In this document: positions 1 through 9,767 of the stretch, one piece after another | How positions within the stretch are numbered: the stretch's first letter is position 1 | Layout of the letters: each line of letters starts with the position of its first letter | Source: Verrucomicrobiota bacterium | GTDB lineage: Bacteria > Verrucomicrobiota > Lentisphaeria > Lentisphaerales > Lentisphaeraceae | Reading direction: 5' to 3' | Length of the DNA stretch: 36,461 bases | Assembly: GCA_039798785.1 (NCBI GenBank) | Contig: JBDKFG010000050.1 | Coordinates: 1 to 36,461 of the forward strand | Notes under the pieces: model-generated | The model's input: only the letters and a program-made list of their open reading frames with translations | The model's database searches: none | Told to the model about the DNA's origin: nothing | Program-made: the position numbers and the translations under genes

Positions 1-1030
1 AGACCTTGAGCGTCGTCGACTCTCTCGCCGATCTCGATGGCCTCGGCAGCATCACCTACACCTGGAAAGAGGGCTCCAACGTCCTCGGCAGCGGCTCGAC
101 TCTGCTCCTCACCCAGGCCCATGTCGGCAAGGCGATCACCGTCACCGCCGCCTACACCGACGGCTTCGGCGCGGCGGAATCGGTGACTTCCGCGGCGACG
201 AGCAGCGTCGCCAACATCAACGACGCTCCGACTGGAAGCCTGCACATCTCGGGCAGCGCCACTCAAGGCCAGACCTTGAGCGTTGTCGACTCTCTCGCCG
301 ATCTCGATGGCCTTGGCAGTATCACCTACACATGGAAAGAGGGCTCGAATGTCCTCGGCAGCGGCTCCAGTCTCGTTCTCACTCAATCTCACGTCGGCAA
401 GGCGATCACCGTCACCGCCGCCTACACCGACGGCTTCGGCGCGGCAGAATCGGTGACTTCCGCGGCGACGAGCAGCGTTGCGAACATCAACGACGCGCCC
501 ACGGGAAGCCTCAGTATTTCGGGCAGCGCGACGCAAGGACAGACTCTGACAGTCTCGAACAGCCTCGCCGACCTCGATGGCCTCGGCAGCATCACCTACA
601 CCTGGAAAGAGGGCGCCAACGTCCTCGGCAGCGGCTCGAGTCTCGTCCTCACGCAAGCCCATGTCGGCAAGGCGATCACCGTCACCGCCGCCTACACCGA
701 CGGCTTTGGCGCGGCGGAATCGGTCACTTCCGCAGCGACGGCCAGCGTCGCGAATATCAACGACGTCCCCACGGGGAGCGTCAACATCTCGGGTGTGACC
801 ACCGAGGGAGAGACTCTCACCGCCTCGCACACTCTTGGCGACTTGGATGGACTGGGAGCGATCAGCTACACTTGGAAAGACCAGCTCAACAACATTCTCG
901 GCACCGGCAGCAGCCTGCTGCTGACCGAGGCTCACATCGGAAAAAACATCAGTGTCACCGCCTCCTACACCGATGGCTTCGGCGCCTCGGAGACCCGCAG
1001 CTCAAGCGCCAGCGCAGCCATCGCGGACGA
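1..1030 (+). repeat. Intragenic tandem repeat, 270-bp (90-aa) period, about 4 copies visible
   Basis: Units begin agacc/agact at 1, 271, 541 and 811; the first copies are nearly identical at DNA level. A split fifth copy resumes at ~1520. Confidence 0.95.
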
Positions 1031-4000
1031 CGGCAACACCCCGCCTAGCGGCAGCGTCACCTTCAGCGCTTCGGGAGTCAGCCAGACCTTCACCCAGAAC
1101 AACGACCTCATTGTTCCCGACGGCGGCGCCTCGGTCACCTCATCCCTCGTCATTTCCGAGACCGGCACGCTTAGCGACGTCAACGTCCGGCTAAACATCA
1201 TCCACTCCTGGGTCTCAGACCTGAATCTCTACCTGATCCATCCCGACGGCACCCGCATCGAACTCAGCTCGGCTCAGGGCGGCGGCGATCAGAACTACAC
1301 CAACACAACCTTCGACCAGCAGGCGCTCAGCTCGATCACGACCGCCGCGGCACCTTTCACCGGCACCTTCCGGCCGCAAGGCAACCTCAGCAACCTCAAC
1401 GGCAAGGCGATCAACGGCACCTGGAAACTCGAACTCACCGACACCGCTCCCGGCGACGACGGCTACCTCGACTCCTGGAGTCTCATCGCCAGCTACTCCG
1501 GCTCCACCCTCTACGAAGGCCAGACCCTGAGCGCCGCCAACACCCTGGCCGACGTCGATGGCCTCGGCACCATCACCTATACCTGGAAGGACGGCGCCGG
1601 GGCTACCCTCGGCAGCGGCTCGACCCTGAACTTGACATCCGCCCACGTCGGCAAGACCGTCGCCGTCACCGCATCCTACACCGACGGCCTCGGCCGCCTC
1701 GAATCCAAAACTTCCAGCCCCAGCGGAGTCATCTATTATCTTGATGGCGCCCCAGCCATCACCGCCAAAACCCTGGTGGTCAGCGAAGGCTCGACGACCC
1801 TGGTCACCTCGTCGATGATCGAAGCGGTCGATACCTCGACCACTTCGATCAGCTTCACCGTCTCCGCAGTCACCGGCGGCAGCTTCCAGCTCCTCGGCAG
1901 CAGCTGGGCCAACGCCTCGACTTTCACCCGCGCCCACATCGCCGCCGGCAAGGTCCGCTTCGTCGCCGACGGCGGAAGCTCTGCCCCGACCTTCAACATC
2001 CTCGCCTCCGACGGCTCACGCTCCTCGCCCGTCCTCGCTGGCAGCAGTCTCTTCACCGGAATCAACGACGCGCCCGTCCTCCTCCGCAACGGCTTCGACG
2101 TCACCAAAGGGATCCCCGCCGTCCTCGATGCCAACATGCTCGGCGCGAGCGACGAAGACGACGGCGCCGCCGAGCTCGTCTACACCGTTTCCGATCTCGC
2201 CCACGGCAACTTCGAAAAATTCTCCGGCAGCTGGAGCGCCGCCACCAGCTTCACCCAGGCCGATGTCAATGCCGGACATGTCCGCTTCATCCACGACGGC
2301 AGCCTCGACGCGCCGGCCTACTCGGTCAGCGTCAGCGACGGCGAATTCTCCCTCGCCCCAGTCGCCGGCAGCATCAACTTCAGCGCCACCGACACCCCCC
2401 CCACCGTCACCCTCGGCACCCTGGTGATCGAAGAGCGTGAAAGCCAACTCGTGACCAGCAGCCTGATCAACGCCAGCGACGACGGCGCCGGCGCCGCGGG
2501 CATCACCTTCACCGTCAGCAACCTCAGCCACGCCCAATTCGAGAAGTTCGCCGGCACCTGGGGCACGGTGACCAGCTTCACCAAGCAGGATGTCCTCGAC
2601 GGCAAGATCCGCATCGTCCTCGACGGCAGCGACGACGCGCCCGCCTACTCGATCAGCGCCTCCGACGCCCTCGCCAGCTCCGCCGTCGTCAACGCCAACA
2701 TCAACTTCACCGCCACCAACGATTCGCCACTCCTGCTCAGCTCCAAGCCCCTGATTCTCAATGCCTCCACCCACCGCCTCGATCTCAGCACCGCCCTGCT
2801 GAACGCCTCGGACCTCGATGCCGGCGATTCGGCCGCCCATCTCGTCTACACCTGGAGCGATCTGGATCCCAGCCTCTCCTTCCAGATCGACAGCCTCGCC
2901 GTCACCAGCTTCACCCAGGCGGATCTCGCAGCCGGAAGGGTCAGCCTCGTGCGCAGCACCGGCGCGGACACCGGTGTCACCTCCGACACCCTGGTCCTGA
3001 CCGTCACCGATCTCGCCGGCGCCACTGCCAAGGCGCAAGTGGCGATCTATGACGACGCCATGCTCAATCGCGGCAAGTGGACCGACAACAGCCTGAGCTA
3101 CTGCTTCCTCAGCTCGCTGCCCGCTTATTACCTCGCCGGAGACGCGCCTGTCGACAACGGCGGCTTCACCGCCCTCACCGAAAGCCAGAAAAACGCAGTG
3201 CGCAGCATCCTCGCGATGATCTCCGACTTCACCAACCTGACTTTCAACGAAAACACCGCCGACAGCAGCGGCGCCGCTTCACAGCTGAGCTTCGCCGCCT
3301 GCAATCCCGAGCCCGACGCCAGCGTCTTCGCCTACCTTCCCTCGGGCGATCTGGCCAACAGCCGACACGGGGATTTCTGGTTCGACCGCAACGACACCCA
3401 AGCCCTCACCCCGGGCAACTATTCCTTCACCAGCTTCCTCCGTGGCATCGGCCTGGCCCTCGGCCTCAGCCACCCCTACGACGACGGCCTCACCTACGTC
3501 CCGGATCCCGCCGACGACCCCGCCCGCGGCGACTGGGCCGGAACCGACCAGGCCAGCACTGTGATGAGCTACAACAGCCATCCCAGCATCAGCTTCTCGA
3601 CCTACGCCCAAAGCTACCTGATTCAGGACATCGCCTCGCTGCAACAGAGCTACGGATCCAACAGCAGCACCAACAGCGGCGACACCAGCTACTCCTTTGC
3701 CCAGTTCGACGGCAAGATTCTCAGCTTCTGGGACGCCGGCGGCACCGACCTCTTCGACTTCTCCGCCGCCACCTACGGAGTCAAAATCGACCTCCGACCC
3801 GGCCATGCCAACGACCTCTATGATCTCTCCGCCGGCGGCGGCGGCAATCTCTTCATCCCCTTCGGCGTCAACATCGAGAACGCCAAGGGAGGCTCCTTCT
3901 CCGACCTGATCACCGGCAACGACGGCGCCAACGTCCTCAGCGGCATGGGCGGCAACGACACCTTGATCTCCGCTGGCGGCGCCGACACCCTCAACGGCGG

Positions 4001-4400
4001 CGACGGCGACGACCTTCTCGTCTCCACCGCCGGATTCCTGGCGATCGACGGCGGCGCCGGAACCGACACCTTCCGTCTCCTCGGGGCCCGCCTCGACTTC
4101 ACCGAGATCGCCGCCAACGCCCTCACCGGCGTCGAAATCATCGACCTCGAAACCGAGCTCTCGGCGCAAGTCCTGCGACTCAAGGCAGCTGACATCCTCG
4201 AGATCGCCGGCGGCGCCGGCGGCAGCTCAGCCCTGCGCATCCTGGGAGGCAGCAACGACCAGGTCGATCTCGATCTCGAAAGCTCGGGATACCTGCAAGG
4301 CGAGGCCATCACGGTCGATTCAGTCAACTTCGATCTCTGGCACAGCGCCCAGGCCAGCACCGCTGAGATCCTTGTCCAGCAGGGAATTGCCGTAGTCTAG
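3..4400 (+). CDS. Giant RTX/T1SS-type surface protein, 5' truncated: 90-aa tandem repeats, proprotein convertase P-domain, four cadherin-like (CSPG/Cadherin_3) repeats, degenerate M10/serralysin domain, Ca-binding GGxGxD repeats
   Basis: Frame open from the window edge. P-domain motifs (DVNVRLNIIHSWVSDLNLYLIHPDG, NGTWKLELTD...G.LDSWSL). CSPG motif FTQADxxAGxVRF four times. Serralysin-like LGLSHP, VMSY and WDAGGTDLFDFS...IENAKGG. C-terminal GNDGANVLSGMGGNDTL/GGDGDDLL repeats. Confidence 0.85.
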   Translation, partial: TLSVVDSLADLDGLGSITYTWKEGSNVLGSGSTLLLTQAHVGKAITVTAAYTDGFGAAESVTSAATSSVANINDAPTGSLHISGSATQGQTLSVVDSLADLDGLGSITYTWKEGSNVLGSGSSLVLTQSHVGKAITVTAAYTDGFGAAESVTSAATSSVANINDAPTGSLSISGSATQGQTLTVSNSLADLDGLGSITYTWKEGANVLGSGSSLVLTQAHVGKAITVTAAYTDGFGAAESVTSAATASVANINDVPTGSVNISGVTTEGETLTASHTLGDLDGLGAISYTWKDQLNNILGTGSSLLLTEAHIGKNISVTASYTDGFGASETRSSSASAAIADDGNTPPSGSVTFSASGVSQTFTQNNDLIVPDGGASVTSSLVISETGTLSDVNVRLNIIHSWVSDLNLYLIHPDGTRIELSSAQGGGDQNYTNTTFDQQALSSITTAAAPFTGTFRPQGNLSNLNGKAINGTWKLELTDTAPGDDGYLDSWSLIASYSGSTLYEGQTLSAANTLADVDGLGTITYTWKDGAGATLGSGSTLNLTSAHVGKTVAVTASYTDGLGRLESKTSSPSGVIYYLDGAPAITAKTLVVSEGSTTLVTSSMIEAVDTSTTSISFTVSAVTGGSFQLLGSSWANASTFTRAHIAAGKVRFVADGGSSAPTFNILASDGSRSSPVLAGSSLFTGINDAPVLLRNGFDVTKGIPAVLDANMLGASDEDDGAAELVYTVSDLAHGNFEKFSGSWSAATSFTQADVNAGHVRFIHDGSLDAPAYSVSVSDGEFSLAPVAGSINFSATDTPPTVTLGTLVIEERESQLVTSSLINASDDGAGAAGITFTVSNLSHAQFEKFAGTWGTVTSFTKQDVLDGKIRIVLDGSDDAPAYSISASDALASSAVVNANINFTATNDSPLLLSSKPLILNASTHRLDLSTALLNASDLDAGDSAAHLVYTWSDLDPSLSFQIDSLAVTSFTQADLAAGRVSLVRSTGADTGVTSDTLVLTVTDLAGATAKAQVAIYDDAMLNRGKWTDNSLSYCFLSSLPAYYLAGDAPVDNGGFTALTESQKNAVRSILAMISDFTNLTFNENTADSSGAASQLSFAACNPEPDASVFAYLPSGDLANSRHGDFWFDRNDTQALTPGNYSFTSFLRGIGLALGLSHPYDDGLTYVPDPADDPARGDWAGTDQASTVMSYNSHPSISFSTYAQSYLIQDIASLQQSYGSNSSTNSGDTSYSFAQFDGKILSFWDAGGTDLFDFSAATYGVKIDLRPGHANDLYDLSAGGGGNLFIPFGVNIENAKGGSFSDLITGNDGANVLSGMGGNDTLISAGGADTLNGGDGDDLLVSTAGFLAIDGGAGTDTFRLLGARLDFTEIAANALTGVEIIDLETELSAQVLRLKAADILEIAGGAGGSSALRILGGSNDQVDLDLESSGYLQGEAITVDSVNFDLWHSAQASTAEILVQQGIAVV

Positions 4401-4407
4401 GAACGCC

Positions 4408-6690
4408 TCACGGCGCGGCCAGCCACTGATCGAAGAACTCGCGGGCGATCGGGCCGCAGGTGCCGCCGCCGCCCTTCTTGCCGTCTTCGACCAGGATGGT
4501 GCAGGCCCAGCGCGGCGCCTCCGCCGGGGCGTAACAGGTGAACCAGGTGTTTTCGTGGAGGATCTGGTTCCTGGCGTTGGTCACCTGGGCGGTGCCGGTC
4601 TTGCCGGCGATGCGGACGCCGTTGCCGCGCGCTGCCTTGGCGGTGCCGCGGTCGCCGCTGACCACCAGCTCCATCGCACGATGCAATTCGCGGATCGCCG
4701 CCGCCGAAACCGGCAGCTCATGCAGGACGCTGGGCTGATAACGGGCGATCATCCGCCGCGACAGGGAATCGCGGGTCTCCTGGATGACATGCGGCGTCAT
4801 CAACCTGCCGCCGTTGGCGATCGCGGCGGTGTAGGTGCAAACCTGCAAGGGCGAGACGGTGACCGGCCCCTGGCCGATGCCGGCGTAGGCGTAGTCCCCG
4901 GGCTTGGCATCCAGCTCGGGAATGATGCCGGATTTGCTCAGCTTGACGCTCTCCGCTCCCGGCAGGGCGGCATAATCAGGAATCCGGCCCAGCCCGGCCT
5001 CGAGCATCATCGGCTGCAGTCTCTCCATCTTCAGGTTCAGCGCCTGCTGGATGAAATATCCGTTGCACGAAACCTCGATCGCATGGGCCAGATCGACCGG
5101 CCCGTGGACGCCGCCATGGGCGCATTTCACCTTGGCATTGCCGAAGTTGTAGGCGCCGTCGCACAGGTAGGTGGCCTGCGGATTGAAGCGGGGATCAGTG
5201 AAGGCGGCGAGGGCGATGACCGGCTTGATCACCGATCCGGGAGCATAGCCGGAATAGACGCAACGATTGCGCGTCGGGAAGGCCTGCTGGCGGTAATCCA
5301 CCCCCTCGACCGCCTCCGTCATCTGCCGGTAGTAAGTGCCGAAGTTCATCTGTTGCGGATCGTAGCTCGGAGTGGACACCATGGCGAGGATGGCACCGCT
5401 GTAGCAATCCATCAGGACGAAGGCGCCGCGCTGCTTGCCGAGAAGCTTGGCGGCGATCTTCTGAGCCCGCGAGTCGATGGTCAGAACCACCGTCTGGCCA
5501 TTTTCAGGGGGATCGATCTGCGGCGTCTGGCCGCGCTGCTCGAACCCGGAGACGTTGATCATCGCGGTGCGGCGGCCGGGACTGCCGGCAAGGGTCCGGT
5601 CGAGCGACCGCTCGAGGCCGGTGACGCCGGTCAGCTCGGGAAAGGTGTAGTTCGAATTGCTGCCCCCCCCCTCCTCTCCCGTCCTCTTGAAATGGGTATA
5701 GCCGACGAGATGGCTGCTGCACTCCCCTAGCGGCCAGGTCCGCTTCGGTGTCGTCAGAATCTGAGTTCCCGGCACCGCTGGCATGGCGCCAGGATCACCC
5801 CGCAACCAGGGGCTGAGATCGCCGGGCTTGAACGCCTGCGCCGGCATCATCTGCGACACCACCGCCAGCTCCGCCTGATTCAGATCGCTGAGCGCCAGGA
5901 AGGGAATCGCAGGCTTCTGGTTGAGATGCTGGTAGACTTGCTCCGCCAGCGCCGGCTCCGGACTGCGCCCGATGAGGACAGCAAGGCGGTTGGCGATGGC
6001 GGCGACCGCGGTAGCCGTCGTGCGATAGCCGTTCTGGGGACTCAGCCACAAGGTGCGGCCGAAGTCGAGATAGACTTCCCCCTCCTCGAAGACCAGATAC
6101 TCGGGCAAGGCCCCCTGCCGCATCACCAGCTTGCGCATCCCGGCCGAGACCTTGTCGAAAACCTTGACGCGCCTAGGATCCAGCGGCGCACAAGCGGCGC
6201 GCGCCGCCACCTGGGTGAAATGCCCGTCCTTGAGGAGATCCTCACTCCTCGGATTCGCCCTCTCGAGCTTCTTGTAGAGACTGATCACCGGAGCCTTCAG
6301 CCTCTGGATCTCGGCCCCCACTTCGTCGCGGCTGACCAGGCAGGGACGGCGCAGACGCTGAGCCATCGTCTCCAGCTCGCTGTTGAGGTTCTCCGTCGTC
6401 CGGGCGCTCAGCCCAAGCGGCCGCTGGCGGAATTCCTGGAGCAGGAAGACCAGGTCGCGCTGCGCCTCGTTGTCGGCCAGGGCGACGCCATCGGCAGAAA
6501 GAATGCGGCCGCGAACCGCCGGGATCTCCAGGGAAAGCATGGTCTTGGCCCGCATGTAGTCATTGCTCTTCTCCCGCTCCTCCACCTGGAGCTGCCAGAG
6601 ACGGAAGAGCAACAAGGAAAAAAGCACCATGCCGGCGACCAGAAAGGACGCCAGCCGTCCGGACAGACCTCGATTGAGGACGTCAGACAC
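4408..6690 (-). CDS. mrdA: Penicillin-binding protein 2 (class B transpeptidase)
   Basis: N-terminal TM followed by RLWQLQV, IPAVRGRILSADG; SxxK (PGSVIKP), SxN (VSCN), KTG (GKTGTAQ), GIGQG. GTG start with GGGG upstream. Confidence 0.88.
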   Translation of the reverse strand: MSDVLNRGLSGRLASFLVAGMVLFSLLLFRLWQLQVEEREKSNDYMRAKTMLSLEIPAVRGRILSADGVALADNEAQRDLVFLLQEFRQRPLGLSARTTENLNSELETMAQRLRRPCLVSRDEVGAEIQRLKAPVISLYKKLERANPRSEDLLKDGHFTQVAARAACAPLDPRRVKVFDKVSAGMRKLVMRQGALPEYLVFEEGEVYLDFGRTLWLSPQNGYRTTATAVAAIANRLAVLIGRSPEPALAEQVYQHLNQKPAIPFLALSDLNQAELAVVSQMMPAQAFKPGDLSPWLRGDPGAMPAVPGTQILTTPKRTWPLGECSSHLVGYTHFKRTGEEGGGSNSNYTFPELTGVTGLERSLDRTLAGSPGRRTAMINVSGFEQRGQTPQIDPPENGQTVVLTIDSRAQKIAAKLLGKQRGAFVLMDCYSGAILAMVSTPSYDPQQMNFGTYYRQMTEAVEGVDYRQQAFPTRNRCVYSGYAPGSVIKPVIALAAFTDPRFNPQATYLCDGAYNFGNAKVKCAHGGVHGPVDLAHAIEVSCNGYFIQQALNLKMERLQPMMLEAGLGRIPDYAALPGAESVKLSKSGIIPELDAKPGDYAYAGIGQGPVTVSPLQVCTYTAAIANGGRLMTPHVIQETRDSLSRRMIARYQPSVLHELPVSAAAIRELHRAMELVVSGDRGTAKAARGNGVRIAGKTGTAQVTNARNQILHENTWFTCYAPAEAPRWACTILVEDGKKGGGGTCGPIAREFFDQWLAAP

Positions 6691-7095
6691 GATCCGCCCC
6701 CCTGCACTCGTCCCTCACTTTCTCCATAGGCTCGCCGCCTCCATGCTTTGCGAGCCCAAGATTCCCTCATTCGCCGCCTGCACAAGTGCCCAGGCCGACA
6801 AAGACAGGTCAGACGGAATTCCATCCTCGCCGTCACGCTGAAGCCGGACGAAATTTCACGGCCTGTGTCACACCGATTCTGATGGACGCGGACTCCACGT
6901 GAAGGCGCGAAGGATTTTGGGCAGCGATCTCAACCTCTCCACGGCTAAAGATGCCTCACAAGTCATGCAGCCCCCAAAACTCCAAATTTGGAGGGTGGAA
7001 TTTTATGTCATTGCCGCAGGGATCGTCGCGGAACCCCTTTCCCAGTGCATCCGAGAGTGTAGTTTAGGGGCGCAAATTCAAGGAAACACCCCACC

Positions 7096-8307
7096 GTGAT
7101 GATCAAATTCAACTGCCCCTCCTGCGGTGCAGAACTGATGGCCGAAGGCAAAGACCGCGGCCACGAGACCAGCTGCGAAGACTGCGGTGCCGACACCCTC
7201 GTCCCCCTCCAGGGCGCTCTCGAGGTCGGCAACATCATCGACGACCACATGATCCTCAGCGAAATCGGGCGGGGCTCGATGGGCAAGGTCTTCCTCGCAC
7301 AGCACCTCCTGATGGGACGCAACGTCGCCCTGAAAACCATCAGCCCGCACCTCCGCGGCGACAATGATTCGGTGCAAAGCTTCATCCGCGAACTGCAGAC
7401 TGCGGCCCGCCTCCAACACCCCAACATCGTCACCGTCTTCAACGCCGGCTTCCGCGACCAGGTCTACTACATCACCATGCAGTTCATCGACGGCAAGGAC
7501 CTGAACCAGGTCATCGCCGAGAAAGGTCCCCTGACTGAGAAGGAGACCCTCCGTGTCGCCAAGGCGGTCGCCGACGCCCTCAGCTACGCCTGGCGCGAAC
7601 ACCGCATGATCCACCGCGACATCAAGCCCGAGAACGTCCGCCGCAACACCCGCGGCGAATATGTGGTTATGGATTTCGGCCTGGCCTGCGCCCAGGACGA
7701 GACCAAGGCCGATCAGGGCATGATCATCGGCAGCCCAGACTTCATCAGCCCGGAGCAGGCCCTTGGCTCCGCCGCCATCGACTTCCGTGCAGACATGTAC
7801 TCGCTCGGCGTCACCCTGCTCTATGTCCTCAGCGGCCGCCGCCCCTTCAAAGGCGAGCCGATGGAAGTGGTCCGCAAACACCTCGATGAAGACCTACCCA
7901 AGATCAACGACCTCAACCCCGGGGTCAAGATCCACGACGGCACTCAGGAACTGATCGACCGGATGACGGCGAAACAGCCCTCCGACCGCTTCGAATCCTG
8001 GGATGCGATGCTGAAAGCCGTCGACGACCTGTCCGAAATCTGGAACACCAACACCCTCCGCGGCCTGAAAATCGCCGAGATGGCGCAGTTGCAGCAGATG
8101 CAGCGCGAAGCCGCCCGGATGCCGGAGAACCCCCCCGCGCGAGCCCAGACCAAGATCAAGGCTCAGGTCGTCAGTCACGGCAAGAAAGGAGCTCGCCGCA
8201 AGAGCGGCCGCCCGGTGCAGACCTCCGGCGGCAACGGCACCCTCCTCATCCTCCTCCTCGTCGCCGGCATCTTCGTCACCGTGCTTCTCGTCTTCCTCAC
8301 CCAGTAA
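7096..8307 (+). CDS. Hanks-type Ser/Thr protein kinase with N-terminal Zn ribbon and C-terminal membrane anchor
   Basis: CPSC...CEDC; IGRGSMGKV, VALK, HRDIKPEN, DFG, SPEQ, DMYSLG; hydrophobic C-terminal helix. Confidence 0.93.
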   Translation: MMIKFNCPSCGAELMAEGKDRGHETSCEDCGADTLVPLQGALEVGNIIDDHMILSEIGRGSMGKVFLAQHLLMGRNVALKTISPHLRGDNDSVQSFIRELQTAARLQHPNIVTVFNAGFRDQVYYITMQFIDGKDLNQVIAEKGPLTEKETLRVAKAVADALSYAWREHRMIHRDIKPENVRRNTRGEYVVMDFGLACAQDETKADQGMIIGSPDFISPEQALGSAAIDFRADMYSLGVTLLYVLSGRRPFKGEPMEVVRKHLDEDLPKINDLNPGVKIHDGTQELIDRMTAKQPSDRFESWDAMLKAVDDLSEIWNTNTLRGLKIAEMAQLQQMQREAARMPENPPARAQTKIKAQVVSHGKKGARRKSGRPVQTSGGNGTLLILLLVAGIFVTVLLVFLTQ

Positions 8308-8316
8308 GGGCGCGTC

Positions 8317-9171
8317 TCAGCGCAAGCTCACCAACAGTGCCTGAAGCAGCCCGATCAGACCGCCGAGAACGCCGCCGAGAATGGTGATCATGCGGAACTG
8401 TTCCCGCGAAAAGCCGAGCACCATCTCCTCCAACTCGGAGATCTCCATAGCGTTGATTCTCTCCTCGATGCGGCGGCGGATGTCGAAACCCGCCGGTCCG
8501 AGAGCCTGAGCCGCCGCCTCCGCCAAGCCTTCCTGTAACATCGCCGCAGCACGCGGAATCACCGGCTCGAGCAGCGTCGGCAACTCCCCCAGGAGACGAT
8601 CAAGAAACTCGTCGCCCGCACCGCTCCCTATCCGCAGCTCCAGCTCCGAGCCGAGTTGCTTCATCGCATCGCCGACCAATGGGGCCGCCTTGACTTTTAA
8701 AGGCGCTGCAAACATCGCCGCCATCGGACCAAAATCCGCAAGGGCCCGGTCGATCAGTTTCGCCGCCATCTGCGGCGCCAGATCCGCAGCCGCCCGCTCC
8801 AGCAGCCCAGGCGCCGCCGCCGCCAGACGCTTACGCAAGCCTGCCTTCATCTCATCCCGACAAGCCCCGTCAAGCAAATCCCCCGTAGCCAAAGCCTGCC
8901 GCAGCCGAGCTTCCAAGGAAGCCCTCAGTCCAGGCGAATTCAAGGCACGGCAGATCTCCTCCCCGGACAGAAGCCTGCCTTCAAAACTGCTGGCGATGTT
9001 GCGCGCAATGTCGCCTCGCCTCGCCGGAATCACCCCGGGAGTGAAAGGCAGGCGGAAGCCGAAGATCAACAGCGGCCGGTAAGGACGGAACAGCATCCGC
9101 AAAGCCAACTCGTTGGTGAAGGCGCCAATCGCGGCACCCACCGCCGGCATGATGAGAAAATCCCAGTTCAT
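8317..9171 (-). CDS. DUF445 (YheB-like) membrane protein
   Basis: N-terminal GAAIGAFTNELALRMLFRP...PGVIPARR and C-terminal ELEEMV...ITILGGVLGGLIGLLQ signatures. Confidence 0.85.
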   Translation of the reverse strand: MNWDFLIMPAVGAAIGAFTNELALRMLFRPYRPLLIFGFRLPFTPGVIPARRGDIARNIASSFEGRLLSGEEICRALNSPGLRASLEARLRQALATGDLLDGACRDEMKAGLRKRLAAAAPGLLERAAADLAPQMAAKLIDRALADFGPMAAMFAAPLKVKAAPLVGDAMKQLGSELELRIGSGAGDEFLDRLLGELPTLLEPVIPRAAAMLQEGLAEAAAQALGPAGFDIRRRIEERINAMEISELEEMVLGFSREQFRMITILGGVLGGLIGLLQALLVSLR

Positions 9172-9223
9172 AATCGGGGCTGATCGGGGTTAGAAGTTTG
9201 AAATGAGGGGGAATCCGCAATTG

Positions 9224-9754
9224 TTAAGAGCTCTGATACTCTTTCGCGAGTCGCACGTAATTGGCTGCCGACTTGACGATCATCTCGTGCTCTTCGAGCT
9301 TCAAAGGCCGGACCTTGCGCGCCGGCGAGCCGACATAGAGGAAGCCGCTTTCCAGTCGCATCCCCGGCGGCACCAGCGCACCGCCTCCCACCATGACGCG
9401 AGTTTCGACCACCGCGCCGTCCATGACAATCGCGCCCATGCCGATGAAACACTCGTCCTCCAGGATGCAGCCGTGCAACATCGCCTTGTGACCGACCGTG
9501 ACCCGCGCCCCGATCAACAGGGGGAAACCCTCGGGATGCCGCTCGGAACGACGGGTGACATGCAGGATGCTGCCGTCCTGGATGTTGCTCTCCTCGCCGA
9601 TGCGGATGAAGTTGACGTCGCCGCGCGCCGCGACCAGCGGCCAGACGCTGGCGCGAGCGCCGATCTTGACGTCGCCGCAGATCACCGCGTCGGGGTCGAC
9701 ATAGGCCTCTTCGCCCAGTTCGGGAAAGGTCTTGAGGTAGGGACGCAGGGACAT
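9224..9754 (-). CDS. Gamma-carbonic anhydrase family protein (YrdA-like hexapeptide repeat)
   Basis: RGDVNFIRIG..SNIQDG..LH, VTVGH, LHGC, GSPAR motifs; three His ligands present. Confidence 0.92.
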   Translation of the reverse strand: MSLRPYLKTFPELGEEAYVDPDAVICGDVKIGARASVWPLVAARGDVNFIRIGEESNIQDGSILHVTRRSERHPEGFPLLIGARVTVGHKAMLHGCILEDECFIGMGAIVMDGAVVETRVMVGGGALVPPGMRLESGFLYVGSPARKVRPLKLEEHEMIVKSAANYVRLAKEYQSS

Positions 9755-9767
9755 GGAAAAACCTCGT

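Noticed and set aside
6408..6836. Possible mreD or other gene upstream of mrdA
   Set aside because: Not hydrophobic, mostly overlaps mrdA out of frame, no motif.
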